Source: Octopus sinensis
Lineage: Eukaryota
Length of the DNA: 64,000 bases
Reading direction: 5' to 3'
Assembly (NCBI RefSeq): GCF_006345805.1
Contig: NC_042997.1
Location: 79,794,001 to 79,858,000 of the forward strand
Shown here: in pieces, positions 24,020-35,680 of the stretch
Layout: each line of letters starts with the position of its first letter
How positions within the stretch are numbered: the first letter of the stretch is position 1
Program-made: the position numbers and the translations under genes
Notes under the pieces: model-generated
Told to the model about the DNA's origin: nothing
Database searches by the model: none
Seen by the model: the letters and a program-made list of their open reading frames with translations, nothing else

Positions 24020-24110
24020 TTTCATTCTACACGTGTTTCGAAAGGCACAAATTACCAAAATCCGATTGAATAATGGGACCATATTGTGTCTTTCTCTTCA
24101 GGAAGAAAAA
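24020..24110 (-). ncRNA. Type-I hammerhead ribozyme motif, inverted copy
   Basis: Exact reverse-complement copy of the 24811-24902 motif (tcttcag at 24095-24101; tacacgtgtttc at 24028-24039). Confidence 0.75.
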
Positions 24111-24810
24111 AGGAAATCCGCTGGAAAAACAAAAACAGAACAGAGGCTGAGCAAAAACAAATCGAACTATGCTCCTAAGAGCCCATGGCGAAACTGCGGC
24201 GTTACACTTATCTGGCTTTTAAATAGCGTTTATAAATAATACCGGCACCCATAGCCCTTGGTAACAAATTCTGAAATAGCCTTTAAGATATCTACGATTA
24301 ACCACTGCAAGGGGAATTACTCCTGTAAGACAAACGGGGCTTGGTTTTTTCACAGCGGGGGGGTTTCCTTGACAAGGCAGGCTTAGATGAACACACACAC
24401 ATAAAACATAATTATATATATTTTTTTTCTTTCTACCACCCAACGGTTATCACGGCAGTAGCCACTGACAGCCGAACGATCAAACGCACACACGTACACA
24501 AAAAATTTTTCTACCCCTACGCCAACACACATATATATAGAACAGTATACACACACACGTCTCTAAGTAGATTTTTTCTCGCCCCTTATAAAACATCCAA
24601 TATTCCTTAAATAGTCAGAACTTTATGCTCGGTCACAAAGAACATCTATACCCCTCACCCACATGATTGACCGATGCCTGACCCGTTGAATTCTTCAGCC
24701 ACCGGTTCTCAACATACACTGATAAACAGTTTCGCATGGGCTCTTAGGAGCATAGTTCGATTTGTTTTTGCTCAGCCTCTGTTCTGTTTTTGTTTTTCCA
24801 GCGGATTTCC

Positions 24811-24902
24811 TTTTTTCTTCCTGAAGAGAAAGACACAATATGGTCCCATTATTCAATCGGATTTTGGTAATTTGTGCCTTTCGAAACACGTGTAGAATGA
24901 AA
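24811..24902 (+). ncRNA. Type-I hammerhead ribozyme motif, canonical core
   Basis: tttcttc-CTGAAGA(24821-27)-GAAAGaCACAA..TTGTGcCTTTC-GAAA(24883-86)-CACGTG-TA-gaatgaaa. Predicted cleavage after 24894. Confidence 0.75.
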
Positions 24903-24977
24903 TAAAACGATTTCTGTTCAATCTGCGTTCAGCTCCATTTCTTCAATTCACCAATAATGTTATATATATATATATAT

Positions 24978-26975
24978 ACATATATATTTGGGTTCGTGCC
25001 AGGGAAAAGTACCACTGATGCTATATTCCTGGTAAGGCAGCTGCAGGAGAAATACCTAGCCAAAGATAAGCCCCTGTACCTGGCTTTCGTTGACATGGAG
25101 AAAGCTTTTGATAGGGTCCCCCGATCCCTTATCTGGTGGTCAATGAGGAAACTAGGGATAGATGAATGGCTGGTGAGGACTGTGCAAGCCATGTACAGAG
25201 ATGCCGTAAGTAAGGTTAGGGTTGGCAACATGTACACAGAAGAATTCAAAGTAGAGGTTGGGGTCCACCAGGGTTCAGTACTCAGCCCCCTCCTATTTAT
25301 CATAGTACTCCAGGCAATTACGGAGGAATTCAAGACAGGCTGACCCTGGGAGCTCCTCTACGCTGACGACCTTGCTCTTATTGCTGAGTCACTATCAGAA
25401 CTGGAGGAGAAGTTCCAGGTGTGGAAATAGGGTTTAGAATCAAGGGGCCTTAGAGTCAACCTAGCTAAAACCAAAGTACTAATAAGTAGGAAGGTAGACA
25501 ATCCACAAATGTCTTCAGGAAGATGGCCCTGCTCGCTCGATCTGTAGAAAAGGTGTAGGTAGAAACTCTATAAGATGTACCCAGTGTAAGCTATGGACAC
25601 ATAAGAGGTGCAGCAATGTCAAAGGTAGGCTAACTGGAAGATAGTTTTTGTATGTAGCAGATGCTCGGGAGCATTAACCTCCGAAATCTGCAGAAAACAA
25701 CTTCCGTCACTTTCCAGGGGGAAAAACTAGAAGTAGTTGATAGCTTCCGTTATCTAGGTGACCAAGTCAGTAGTGGGGGTGGGTGCGCTGAAAGTGTAAC
25801 TGCTAGAATAAGAATAGCCTGGGCAAAGTTTAGGGAGCTCTTACCTCTGCTGGTGACTAAAGGCCTCTCACTCAGAGTAAAAGGCAGACTGTATGATGCG
25901 TGTGTACGAACAGCCATGCTACATGGCAGCGAAACATGGGCCGTGACTGCTGAGGACATGCGTAAGCTCGTGAGGAATGAAGCCAGTATGCTCCGATGGA
26001 TGTGTAATGTCAGTGTACATACTCGACAGAGCGTTAGCACCTTGAGAGAAATGTTGTACCTAAGAAGCATCAGTTGCGGTGTGCAAGAGAGATGATTGCG
26101 CTGGTATGGTCATGTGGCGAGAATGGATGAAGATAGGTGTGTGAGAAAGTGCCAATCCTTAGCAGTTGAGGGAACCCGTGGAAGAGGTAGACCCAGGAAA
26201 ACCTGGGACGAGGTGGTGAAGCACGACCTTCGAACTTTAGGCCTCACTGAGGAAATGACCAGAGACCGAGACCTTTGGAAATATTCTGTACGTGAGAAGA
26301 CCAGGCAGGACAAGTGAGCCCAGCCCACTTATGAATGCCTTTCCTCCCTTGGACACAAAGACCGGTTGAGGCAAGCGAAGTCGATATAGAACCTCATCCG
26401 ACGACAGACACCCATGCCAACCCCCCATGCTTGCGAAGACATGTTGGGGCAAGCGAAATCGAAATCGAAACCGAATTGAACCAGCCAGGATCCCTGGCCT
26501 GGTGGTACGTAAAAAGCACTATCCGACTCGTGGCCGTGGCACGTAAAATACTCCAATGCGACCATACGACAGGCACCCATGCCAACCCCCTTTGCTTGTG
26601 AAGACATGTTGGGGCAAGCGAAATCGAAATCGAATTGAACCAGCCAGGATCCCTGGTCTGGTGGTACGTAAAAAGCACTATCCGACTCGTGGCCGATGCC
26701 AGCACCGCCTCGACTGGCTTCCGTGCCGGTGGCACATAAAATACACCAATCTGACCGTGGCCGTTGCCAGCCCCGCCTGGCACCTGTGCAGGTGGCACGT
26801 AAAAAGCACCCACTACACTCACGGAGTGGTTGGCGTTAGGAAGGGCATCCAGCTGTAGAAACATTGCCAGATTAGACTGGAGCCTGGTGCAGCCTTCTGG
26901 CTTCCCAGAACCCCGGTCGAACCGTCCAACCCATGCTAGCATGGAGAACGGACGTTAAACGACGATGATGATGAT
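24978..26975 (+). mobile_element. 5'-truncated RTE-type LINE with RT, PHD-like finger and full 3' UTR
   Basis: FGFVPGKSTTDAIF, FVDMEKAFDRV, GVHQGSVLSPLLF, ELLYADD (after a stop), Cys/His finger, RPRKTW. 3' UTR has an internal duplication (about 26410-26537 and 26574-26697) and a gatgatgat tail. Confidence 0.92.
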
Positions 26976-27004
26976 ATATGTGTGTATGCATAAATATATA
27001 TATA

Positions 27005-27900
27005 TTAGGTTGTTTCAAATGAAATGTCATATTTGAAAGGTAACAATATAATGTTTCAGAAGTGTTAGAGAACTGATTTATTTAATCAAAGTATGATCCA
27101 TGTTCATTTATGACATTTACCCAACGTTTCTCTATGTCATACATTCCATCTTTTAAAAAAAAAATCATCTTTTGTTGTGATAAACTGTCCGAATGCTTCA
27201 ATTACTTCTTCTTTATTTAAGAATGCTTGATTGCTTATAAAAAGCTCAAAATGCTTAAATAAGTGATGATCAGTAGGAAAGATATCAGGGGAATAGGGAA
27301 GTTGTTGCAAAATCTCATAATTTAGGCTTTGCAACTTTTGGACCGTAGCTTGAGGAGTGTGAGGGAATGCATTGTTGTGGGGCAAAAGTGGGCCATTTTT
27401 ATTCACTAGTCTGGGTTGCTTCTTTTTCACATTCTCATGCATACAACCAATTTCCTGGCAATACGATGTTGCTGCTACTGTTTTTCCTTGTTGCAAAAAT
27501 GAATAATGAACAACTCCCTTTGCAGACCACCATACAGTGACCAATTTTTAGAGTGCAATGGTGGGTTTGGGTAGTGTCTTGGTGACTCTCCTGCATCTAA
27601 TCACTGTCTCTTCTCCTGCTGTTGTCAAAGAGTATCCATTTCTCATCACAAGTAATAATTTGATGCAAAAATGGTATTTTCCAGTTGAGAAAGCAATAAG
27701 GAGCACACTTCAAGGCGTCATTTTTTTTTTTTTTTTGAATCTCATTCAGTTAATGTGGAACAAACCTATCTGTTTTCTTAACTCTTCCAATTTTTTACAG
27801 GCGTCCAAAAACAGTTGTGTGAGATGTTTGGAGTTCTGATGAATGTTTTCAAAACTTTGTTCTTGGATTTTGCTCAGCCAAAGAATTTAATCTATCATGT
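27005..27900 (-). mobile_element. Decayed mariner transposon
   Basis: ORF 27137-27544 has WWSAKGVVHY, LLPHNNAFPH (HDNA) and PYSPDIFPTDHHLF (YSPDLAP.D). A TA+ttaggttg mariner-like TIR is present at the left end only. Confidence 0.85.
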
Positions 27901-28053
27901 CAAATAACTGATTTTGGCCTACCCCTTAGTTTATTTTCAAGGTATCATCTCTGAAAAGTTCTGATGTCAACAAAACCATTACCAAAGGCCCGCTTGATAT
28001 TCTGTAGAGCTTTTGATATATATATTACATGTATATATATATATATATATATA

Positions 28054-28957
28054 GCACATATTTCGCCTTTTAATGTATTGATATATGAATAATATATGGC
28101 CTGAGCTAGTTTCACCAGCGATAATAATTAATTTTATTTTATCGCAATTTGACTTGTTTACATATTTCTCGATAAATTTTGAGCGTTAGACAATATACCA
28201 GAAATCCCTAGTTTTGTCGGGACGTTCTGAGTCTGCGCAGTAATCTGATTAGTTAGAGAGAGCAAATCATTAGAAGCACATGCTTCTAGTGAGTTAGGAT
28301 CTCAGAACAACAGGGCTCTTACCGATGAATTCTCCCTGAGCAAATAAATTATCTTTATTGCTGAAAAGAACGAAACTGCAGTCTAAGAGGAACCGAGTTT
28401 GTAAATGTTTTTATTTTCATTTCACTAAATTTATCTAGCTTCTGTGTTTCTAGCACATATTTCGCCTTTTAATGTATTGATATATGAATAATATATGGCC
28501 TGAGCTAGTTTCACCAGCGATAATAATTAATTTTATTTATCGCAATTTGACTTGTTTACATATTTCTCGATAAATTTTGAGCGTTAGACAATATACCAGA
28601 AATCCCTAGTTTTGTCGGGACGTTCTGAGTCTGCGCAGTGATCTGATTAGTTAGAGAGAGCAAATCATTAGAAGCACATGCTTCTAGTGAGTTAGGATCT
28701 CAGAACAACAGGGCTCTTACCGATGAATTCTCCCTGAGCAAATAAATTATCTTTATTGCTGAAAAGAACGAAACTGCAGTCTAAGAGGAACCGAGTTTGT
28801 AAATGTTTTTATTTTCATTTCACTAAATTTATCTAGCTTCTGTGTTTCTAGCACATATTTCGCCTTTTAATGTATTGATATATGAATAATATATGGCCTG
28901 AGCTAGTTTCACCAGCGATAATAATTTATTTTATTTTATCGCAATTTGACTTGTTTA
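28054..28957 (+). repeat. Tandem array of 398-399-bp units (2.3 copies), one hammerhead per unit; retrozyme-like
   Basis: gcacatatttcgcc starts at 28054, 28453 and 28851. Copies are almost identical. Flanked by (TA)n. Confidence 0.92.
28316..28389 (+). ncRNA. Hammerhead motif of the 398-bp repeat (second copy 28714-28787)
   Basis: ctctta-CCGATGA-aTTCT..AGCAaATAAA/TTTATTGCT..AGAAc-GAAA-CTGCAG-TC-taagag. Perfect 6-bp stem I, palindromic stem III, GUC triplet. Predicted cleavage after 28383 and 28781. Confidence 0.7.
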
Positions 28958-28980
28958 TATACATATATATATGTATATAA

Positions 28981-29028
<48 letters not shown>

Positions 29029-29262
29029 GTGTATTTCCTTGATGTTAGTTATGGAACTAGGAGTCCAATATGGAAAATAACTGTGTTTGTTAATGTATGA
29101 TTGATTGATTCTAGTTTCAGCTTATACTGATATATTTTGTTTATATTGTATTATTGTATTAATGTGTATATATATATATGTGTAGAATTATGAGTGTCTA
29201 TGCACACATTTTTATATTTTACATTTTTATATTTATATGTAAATTTTTTTCACACTTATATT

Positions 29263-29380
29263 AAATTCTCTGAAGAGGCCGTGAGACTTCCTTGTTAATG
29301 TTTCATTTATACCTGCTTTATATGGCTAATAGGTTAAATGAGACATACTTGTCTTCACGGCCGAAACAGCTGTCAGATAT
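29263..29380 (+). ncRNA. Type-I hammerhead ribozyme motif, fully canonical core
   Basis: tct-CTGAAGA(29270-76)-GGCCGTGAGAC...GTCtTCACGGCC-GAAA(29363-66)-CAGCTG-TC-aga. G10.1-C11.1 closing pair and GUC triplet. Confidence 0.8.
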
Positions 29381-29555
29381 GATGTAATTGTATTTTATAT
29401 TTCTATTTCCATGTCTAGTTATATTTGCAATATATTATGTATAATGTTATTGTTGTTATGTAATGGTGTAATAAATTATTGATTGGGTATTATCTGATGG
29501 TTGATGTTTGATTGATTTAAGTATGTTTCTCCATTTTCTCATTTTGTGTATATAT

Positions 29556-29631
<76 letters not shown>

Positions 29632-30329
29632 ATATGTATATATGTGTATGTGTGTGTATTTGTGTATATATATATATAAGTGTGTGTGCGTATGTATATA
29701 TATCTATATATATTTATTTGTGTGTATCTGTTTATTTCCCACTACTGTTTGACAACTGATGTTGGTGTGTTTACATCCCCTTAACTTAGCAGTTCGGCAA
29801 CAAAGATCAACAGAATAAGTATCAAGCTTAAAAAAATAAGTACTGGGGTCAAATCATTTGATGAAATATTCTTGAAGGCAGTGCCCCAGTATGAGCACAA
29901 TCTAATGACTGAAACAAGTAACAGATATATGTGTGTGCATCTTTGTTGTTGTCTTGACATTCCATGATCATTGTAAATTAGTGTCAATGTCATACAAGCA
30001 ATGTTATTCATTTCCAGTTTTCTGAAAAAAACATGTCTGACCATTGAAAATCTGCCCCAATGAATTACGTCTGACCTATGCAAGCATAGAAACATGGATG
30101 CTAAGATGAAAATGATGATGATGATGATGATGATGATGAATAGCTAGTTGTGGTCCTTTGTATTATGAGAATTGTAGAGTAGACATAGTAATTGCTTGAC
30201 TAAATACCTTGTAATATTCAATTATATTCTTTCATATTCTGATATTAAATTCTATTTCAACCTTCTGGAGTCATTAAAATAAATGCCAATCAAGTACTGG
30301 GACTAATTAAATCAACAGGGTTGAAGTAG

Positions 30330-31785
30330 AGGTTCAGCCCCCTCTTGTTCATCATATTCCTTAAGGTAATAACAGGAAATCAAGACAGGATGCCCCTGGG
30401 AGCTCCTCTAGGCTGATGACCTGGCTCTTATAGCTAAATTGTTACTTGAACTAGAGAAGAAGTTCCAGGTATGGAAACAAGGTCTAGAATCTAAGGGCCT
30501 TAGAGTTAACCTAGCAAAAACCAAAGTTTCAGTAAGTAGGAAAGCAGACAAATCACAAATCCCTTCAGGTAGATAGCCCTGCTCAATCTTTAGAAAAGAT
30601 GTAGGTAGAAACTTCATAAGATGTAACCAGTGTAAGCTTTGGACACATAAAGGGTGCAGCAATATCAGAGGAAGGTTAACAGGGGAACTAGCTTTGTATA
30701 TGGAAGATGCACAAGTACAATAAATGCTAAAAATGTGCAGAAAATAGACTCCATCAACTTCCGGGGGGGGGGGGCAAGCTAGAGGTGGTACATAGCTTCT
30801 GTTATCTAGGTGACCAAGTTAGCAGTGGAGGTGGATGCTCCAAGAGCATAGTTGTGAGAATAAGATTAGACTGGGCAACGTTCAGAGAGTTCTTACACCT
30901 GCTGGCAACAAAGGGCCTCTCTCTCAGAGAGAAAGGAAAATTGCTTGATGCCTGCGTGTGAACAGCTATGTTGTATGGCAGTGAAACATGGACTGTGACA
31001 GTTGAGGACATGCATAGACTTGAAAGAAATGAAGCCAGTATGCTTCGCTGGATATGCAATGTCAATGTGCATGTTCAACAGAGTGTAAGCATCTTGAAAG
31101 AAAAGTTGTGCATAAGAGGCATCAGATGTGGTGTGCAAGAGAGACAACTGCACTGTATGGTCGTGTGATGCATATGGACGAGTACAGCTGTGTAAAGAAG
31201 TCCCGATCTCTAACTTTGGAGGGAGTCTGTGGTAGAGGTAGACCCAGAAAGACATGGGACAAGGAGATGAAGCATGATCTTCAAATTTTGAACCTCATAG
31301 AGGCAATGACTAGTGACCAAGACCTTTGGCAATGTGCTATGCTTGAGAAGACCTGTCAAGTCAAGAGAAATCACCTGTGCTGGTGGCATGTAAGGAACAC
31401 CTTTCAAGCATTGAGCCTCACGGAGGTAAAGTGGCTAAGTTCCTTTCGAGTTTTAGGCTTCATGGAAGTAAGTGGTTGAGCCTCACAGAGGCAATGATCA
31501 AGACTTTAAGCATTATATCATGTTTGAGAAGAAGGCCCATCAAGCCAAGCAAAATCGTAGTCATGGCAGATACTGGTGTCATGCAAATGACACCCATGCT
31601 GGTGGCACATAAAAGCACCCATTACACTCTCAGAGTGGTTGGTATTAGGAAGTGCATCCAGCTGTAAAAAACCATGCCAAATCAGACTGGAGTATGAGGC
31701 AGCCTTCCAGCATGCAAGCTCAGTCAAACCATCCAACCCATACCAGCATGGGCAATGGACATTAATGATGATGATGATGATAATG
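30330..31785 (+). mobile_element. Decayed RTE-type LINE
   Basis: Frame-shifted RT, finger and C-terminal region, plus 3' UTR and (GAT)n tail. Confidence 0.85.
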
Positions 31786-33049
31786 ATCCTTCTTAAAATT
31801 GCTATGCCAAAGTTAGAAATAATTATTACTGGCACTCATTATGTCAATAATTATCGTTATTGCCAACTCGTATATATCTAAAGACCTATTTAGCTCATGC
31901 ATGCCACATTCTTTACATTAAGTTGACTTTTTCCTGACCTTTTGTTATTATATTCATGCACATGTCTGTACACATGCTTGTTTTTGCAGGAATTGAAATT
32001 CAGATTTTTCGCAAAACCAGAATATAGATTATGAATCAGGAAATGTCAATGAACTGTTCATTGCTTTAATTTTGGGTAAATAACTGTATGTCTGGAAAAC
32101 AATATATGTCCATATTTAACATTAAGGTCCCATAGAAAGGCACTTGCTCTCATCTTAACTCTTTAAGGTTGGGTATAAACAACCAGTCTTTTCATGTGGA
32201 ATGCAAAAACAAAGGGAAAAAATACAAAGTGATAATCAAATAGCTTATAAAGTAAATGTGGCTTATATACACCCACCTTCTTCACAATTTAGCAGTGAGT
32301 CAATAAGCTACACCCGTCTTTCTGCAGAAGAAAGCCTGTTGTGTCATTAAGCCACACTCAACCTTAAAGTGTTAAATGCCTGTGCTAATCAGTTCATTAT
32401 ATCACAAGAAAATGGGTTTTTAAAAAAATCATTGTTTTATTGCTCATTTCTCCACTGAACAAATTTGTAATCAAGCATGTAGTTGCCTTAACTGCTATAA
32501 ATAGCAGCCAAATCTCTTTCCAGTTATAACCAACTCTCTTAAAAAGCATATTGGGTATAATTTGAATATATGTAATCCTGAATACACAGTGCCTAGGAGA
32601 TCAGGGTGGGCATGGGTGGAACATCTTTGATCATAGGTGTGCTTAGTCAAGCTTTAAACTAAAATCATCTCTGAAACTTCGTATTCTTAGGTCTGATTTC
32701 ACTTCTAATCAAGTCTTCCTGGTCTGTCTCCATTGTTAAATACCTTCCTCTATCAATTCAGGACTTTTTCACCTAGTATATATTTATACATCATATTTTT
32801 GAATTAGCAGATCTGCTTTTTCAGCAAACATTTCTCTAACGTCTAGTTGATATTTTAATCTTTTTATTTTCAACCTCACTTCATTTCTCTGCTGCTGAGG
32901 CGACCTTTTGTAATGAAGGCAACTTATTTAAGAGCTAATAACATAGGGTTAGTAAGTCTGCAGAGCTGACTGAATGATAATGGCATAGTTAGTCAGCGGA
33001 TTTGAAGAGTGATCTATTGATGATTACTCTTCAAATGTTAGTTAGTCTG

Positions 33050-33385
33050 GCTATCCTCCCAGATGCTTTAATTTCACACAAGCACACCATCCATCACAGT
33101 CCCCACTCCATGTTCTTAATTCATCAACATTTGCCATTCCACGGTCCTGAAGCAAGTTGTCCACATAGGTTAGACATTTTCTTCCCCTGTTAATTCTTCC
33201 TCCAACTGACTGCCATAAGACCAGTTGATACACAGGTTCTTCTGGATACCTGATGCAGCAATCAGCAATTCTCATTCTTCTCTGCTGAATCTTCTCAGTC
33301 ACTTTGAATAGATTTTGGTAAAGCTGCTCATTGGTTAAATGAGCTCTCCATGTAACATTCAGAGCCATTCTTAACATTCCTGTGT
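33050..33385 (-). mobile_element. Fragment of a second RTE-like LINE family (RT C-terminal region)
   Basis: MLRMALNVTW...TNEQLY...QQRRMR...GRINRGRK..TYVD resembles the RTE C-terminus (RRLR.AGH..R, GRP). Confidence 0.7.
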
Positions 33386-35046
33386 ACCATGGAGATAAAC
33401 AACCTAATTTTCAATTTACACTCTTCAAATCCTTTATTATATAAATAGCCTGGTCATTAGGTCTGGAGAACTAAATAAATGATAGTATGTTTGGAGAACT
33501 CAAATAGTAATGTCAGTGTAGTCAGTAAGTCTATATAACTGAACAAGTAATGGTAGTAGATCTGAGAAACTGAGCCGCAGTTGCTAATACAGCTTAATTC
33601 AAAAAGTATGGAGAGTTGAAGTAGAGATCTCAGTATAACCTGGCTGCTAGATCTGAAGACCTGGATACTGTATGTCTTGAGAGCTGAATAAGTGATGCCA
33701 ATGTATGGTTAGTCAATGGGTCTGGGAAACTAAGCTAGAATTGTTTATGTAATTTGCTCAGTAAGTCTAGGAGTAGGTCTGGAGTACTGAACAAATGATA
33801 TTAATGTGATGTGATCAGCTGGTCTTGGGAGCTGAATAAAGGGTGTGTCAGCTGCTCAAGAGGTCTAGCAAACTGAACTAGAATTGTTAATATAGTTTGA
33901 TCAGTAAGTCTAGGGAGCTGATCTTAGAGATCTCAGTAAATCCTGACTATTAAACCAACTTAGACATCACTGACAGATGTTTCTTGTATGTAATTAGTAG
34001 ATTCTATCTTATAACTTCTTCCATAACAACCTCTACTTCTCTGAACTATTGAGTGGAAGTTGTATACAGCCTCCGCTCAGACTCACATATCTCTCCTCTT
34101 CTTGTCATCCCCACTATTTTGCAAGTCTTCACCTCAGATCTCCCACTAAATAACAAGTATCTCCAAAGACAAAAAAATATAAGATTAAACTGGATATCAA
34201 CCTTATTAATCCTACCTGTCAGAGAAATATGAGTAAAGCAATGAACACCATCCTGCCTCTGAGTAATTAAAAGGACCAAAAAAACAATTTTTCCCCGAGT
34301 ATATTTATTAATATCTTATGCATATATAACAAACATAATATACCAACTGACACCACTACCAGTTATAAGTGACTGTCACTATCTCTTCTGCCATCATGTT
34401 TCACAGTTATTTCATTAATTTCAAAGGAACATCTAAGACTACTTAATATGGAGATGCAAGCTAAAAGTATTACAAAACTTCCACAATAATGTTTCTTCCC
34501 TTTCCTCCTTTAATATAGCTTTTATCCTATTTTTCTCTCATAAACTGGTAAGTCAGACAACATATCTTTTCTTCCCATCTTCTTTATTTTTGTAACACAA
34601 AAGCAGCAGGTCATCTTTACTTGTTCTCTTTTGTTAGCTGCCTTTCTTCCTCTCTCAATGATGTTACTTCTTAACTTGCTTTGAGCCTAGCAAACAGATT
34701 CACTATTGATTTGAAAATATATGATAGATATATTTATGATTTTATAATATGATATATATTAAATTCTTATTTAACTCTTTTGGTATCAAATTTATGTAAA
34801 AAAATTTTTTAGGTTCCAAAAACCCTTTCAAATGTATGATTATTTTAAAAATTAGTTGAAACATATGGGCATTAGAAATATGATCACAAAATGGTTAATA
34901 TGAAATATTCAACAAAATCTAACTCTTGACATCATTCCTCAAATTGTATTCTTTTTTTAAAATCTATTTAATTCAATATAATGTTTTTTAAGATATCTAT
35001 TTTGAACAAATGTTTTTCCTTAGTTGTTGTGGCATTTCTTTTTTTA

Positions 35047-35470
35047 CCCTTTAGCATTTAAACCAGTCATAACTAGCTGAAATATTCTTATTTCTTTACT
35101 GCCCACAAGGGGCTACACACAGAGGGGACAAACAAGGACAGACAAAGGGATTAAGTTGATTACATTGACCCCAGTGCATAACTGGTACTTAATTTATCGA
35201 CCCCGAAAGGATGAAAGACAAAGGCGACCTCGGCGGAATTTGAACTCAGAACGTAATGGCAGATGAAATACCGCAAAGTATTTCACCTGGCATGCTAACG
35301 TTTCTGCCAGTTTTACGTTCTAACCAGCCAAATCTGGCCTCTCACACCTACCCTACAATCTCATTGTGAAAATAATCAATCACATCATCAAAATCTAATA
35401 GCTACAAGACAATGCATGATGAATTCAAAACAATGTGAATAAATAAGTATTACATTTGAAAGAATACTGG
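35047..35470. mobile_element. piggyBac-like MITE copy interrupted by a SINE (35088-35310, minus)
   Basis: ccctttagcatt left end; the body matches 39687-39905; the SINE sits after aatattct. Confidence 0.65.
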
Positions 35471-35680
35471 GATGGAGCTTATCTTGGTTTTTTGTTTATT
35501 AAACAGTTGTAAAAACACTTCTCCCTCTGGGCATTCTAAGTTATGCAAGAGATATTTTAAATTCAGCACTGTAATATAAGGAAACTCTAGTAAATTAATC
35601 ACATCCATATGTCTTTTTATGTTACATAATTTATAGTTAAGTATATTGGATCATTGACAAGTAAATATCTTTGCCAATAA

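Larger units (their letters stand above)
23961..24961. repeat. Fold-back Penelope-like element (23805-24961) with about 235-bp inverted arms
   Basis: 23961-24196 is the reverse complement of 24727-24961 (one indel seen), with a 530-bp spacer. Both flanks are (TA)n. Confidence 0.9.

Noticed and set aside
16261-28957. Tandem arrays as CRISPR-like loci
   Set aside because: Units are fully repeated with no unique spacers, and the context is eukaryotic.
34220-34265. Possible 43-nt minus-strand exon (polypyrimidine-cag ... CAG|gtagga)
   Set aside because: No recognisable peptide and no partner exons; splice-like signals alone are insufficient.
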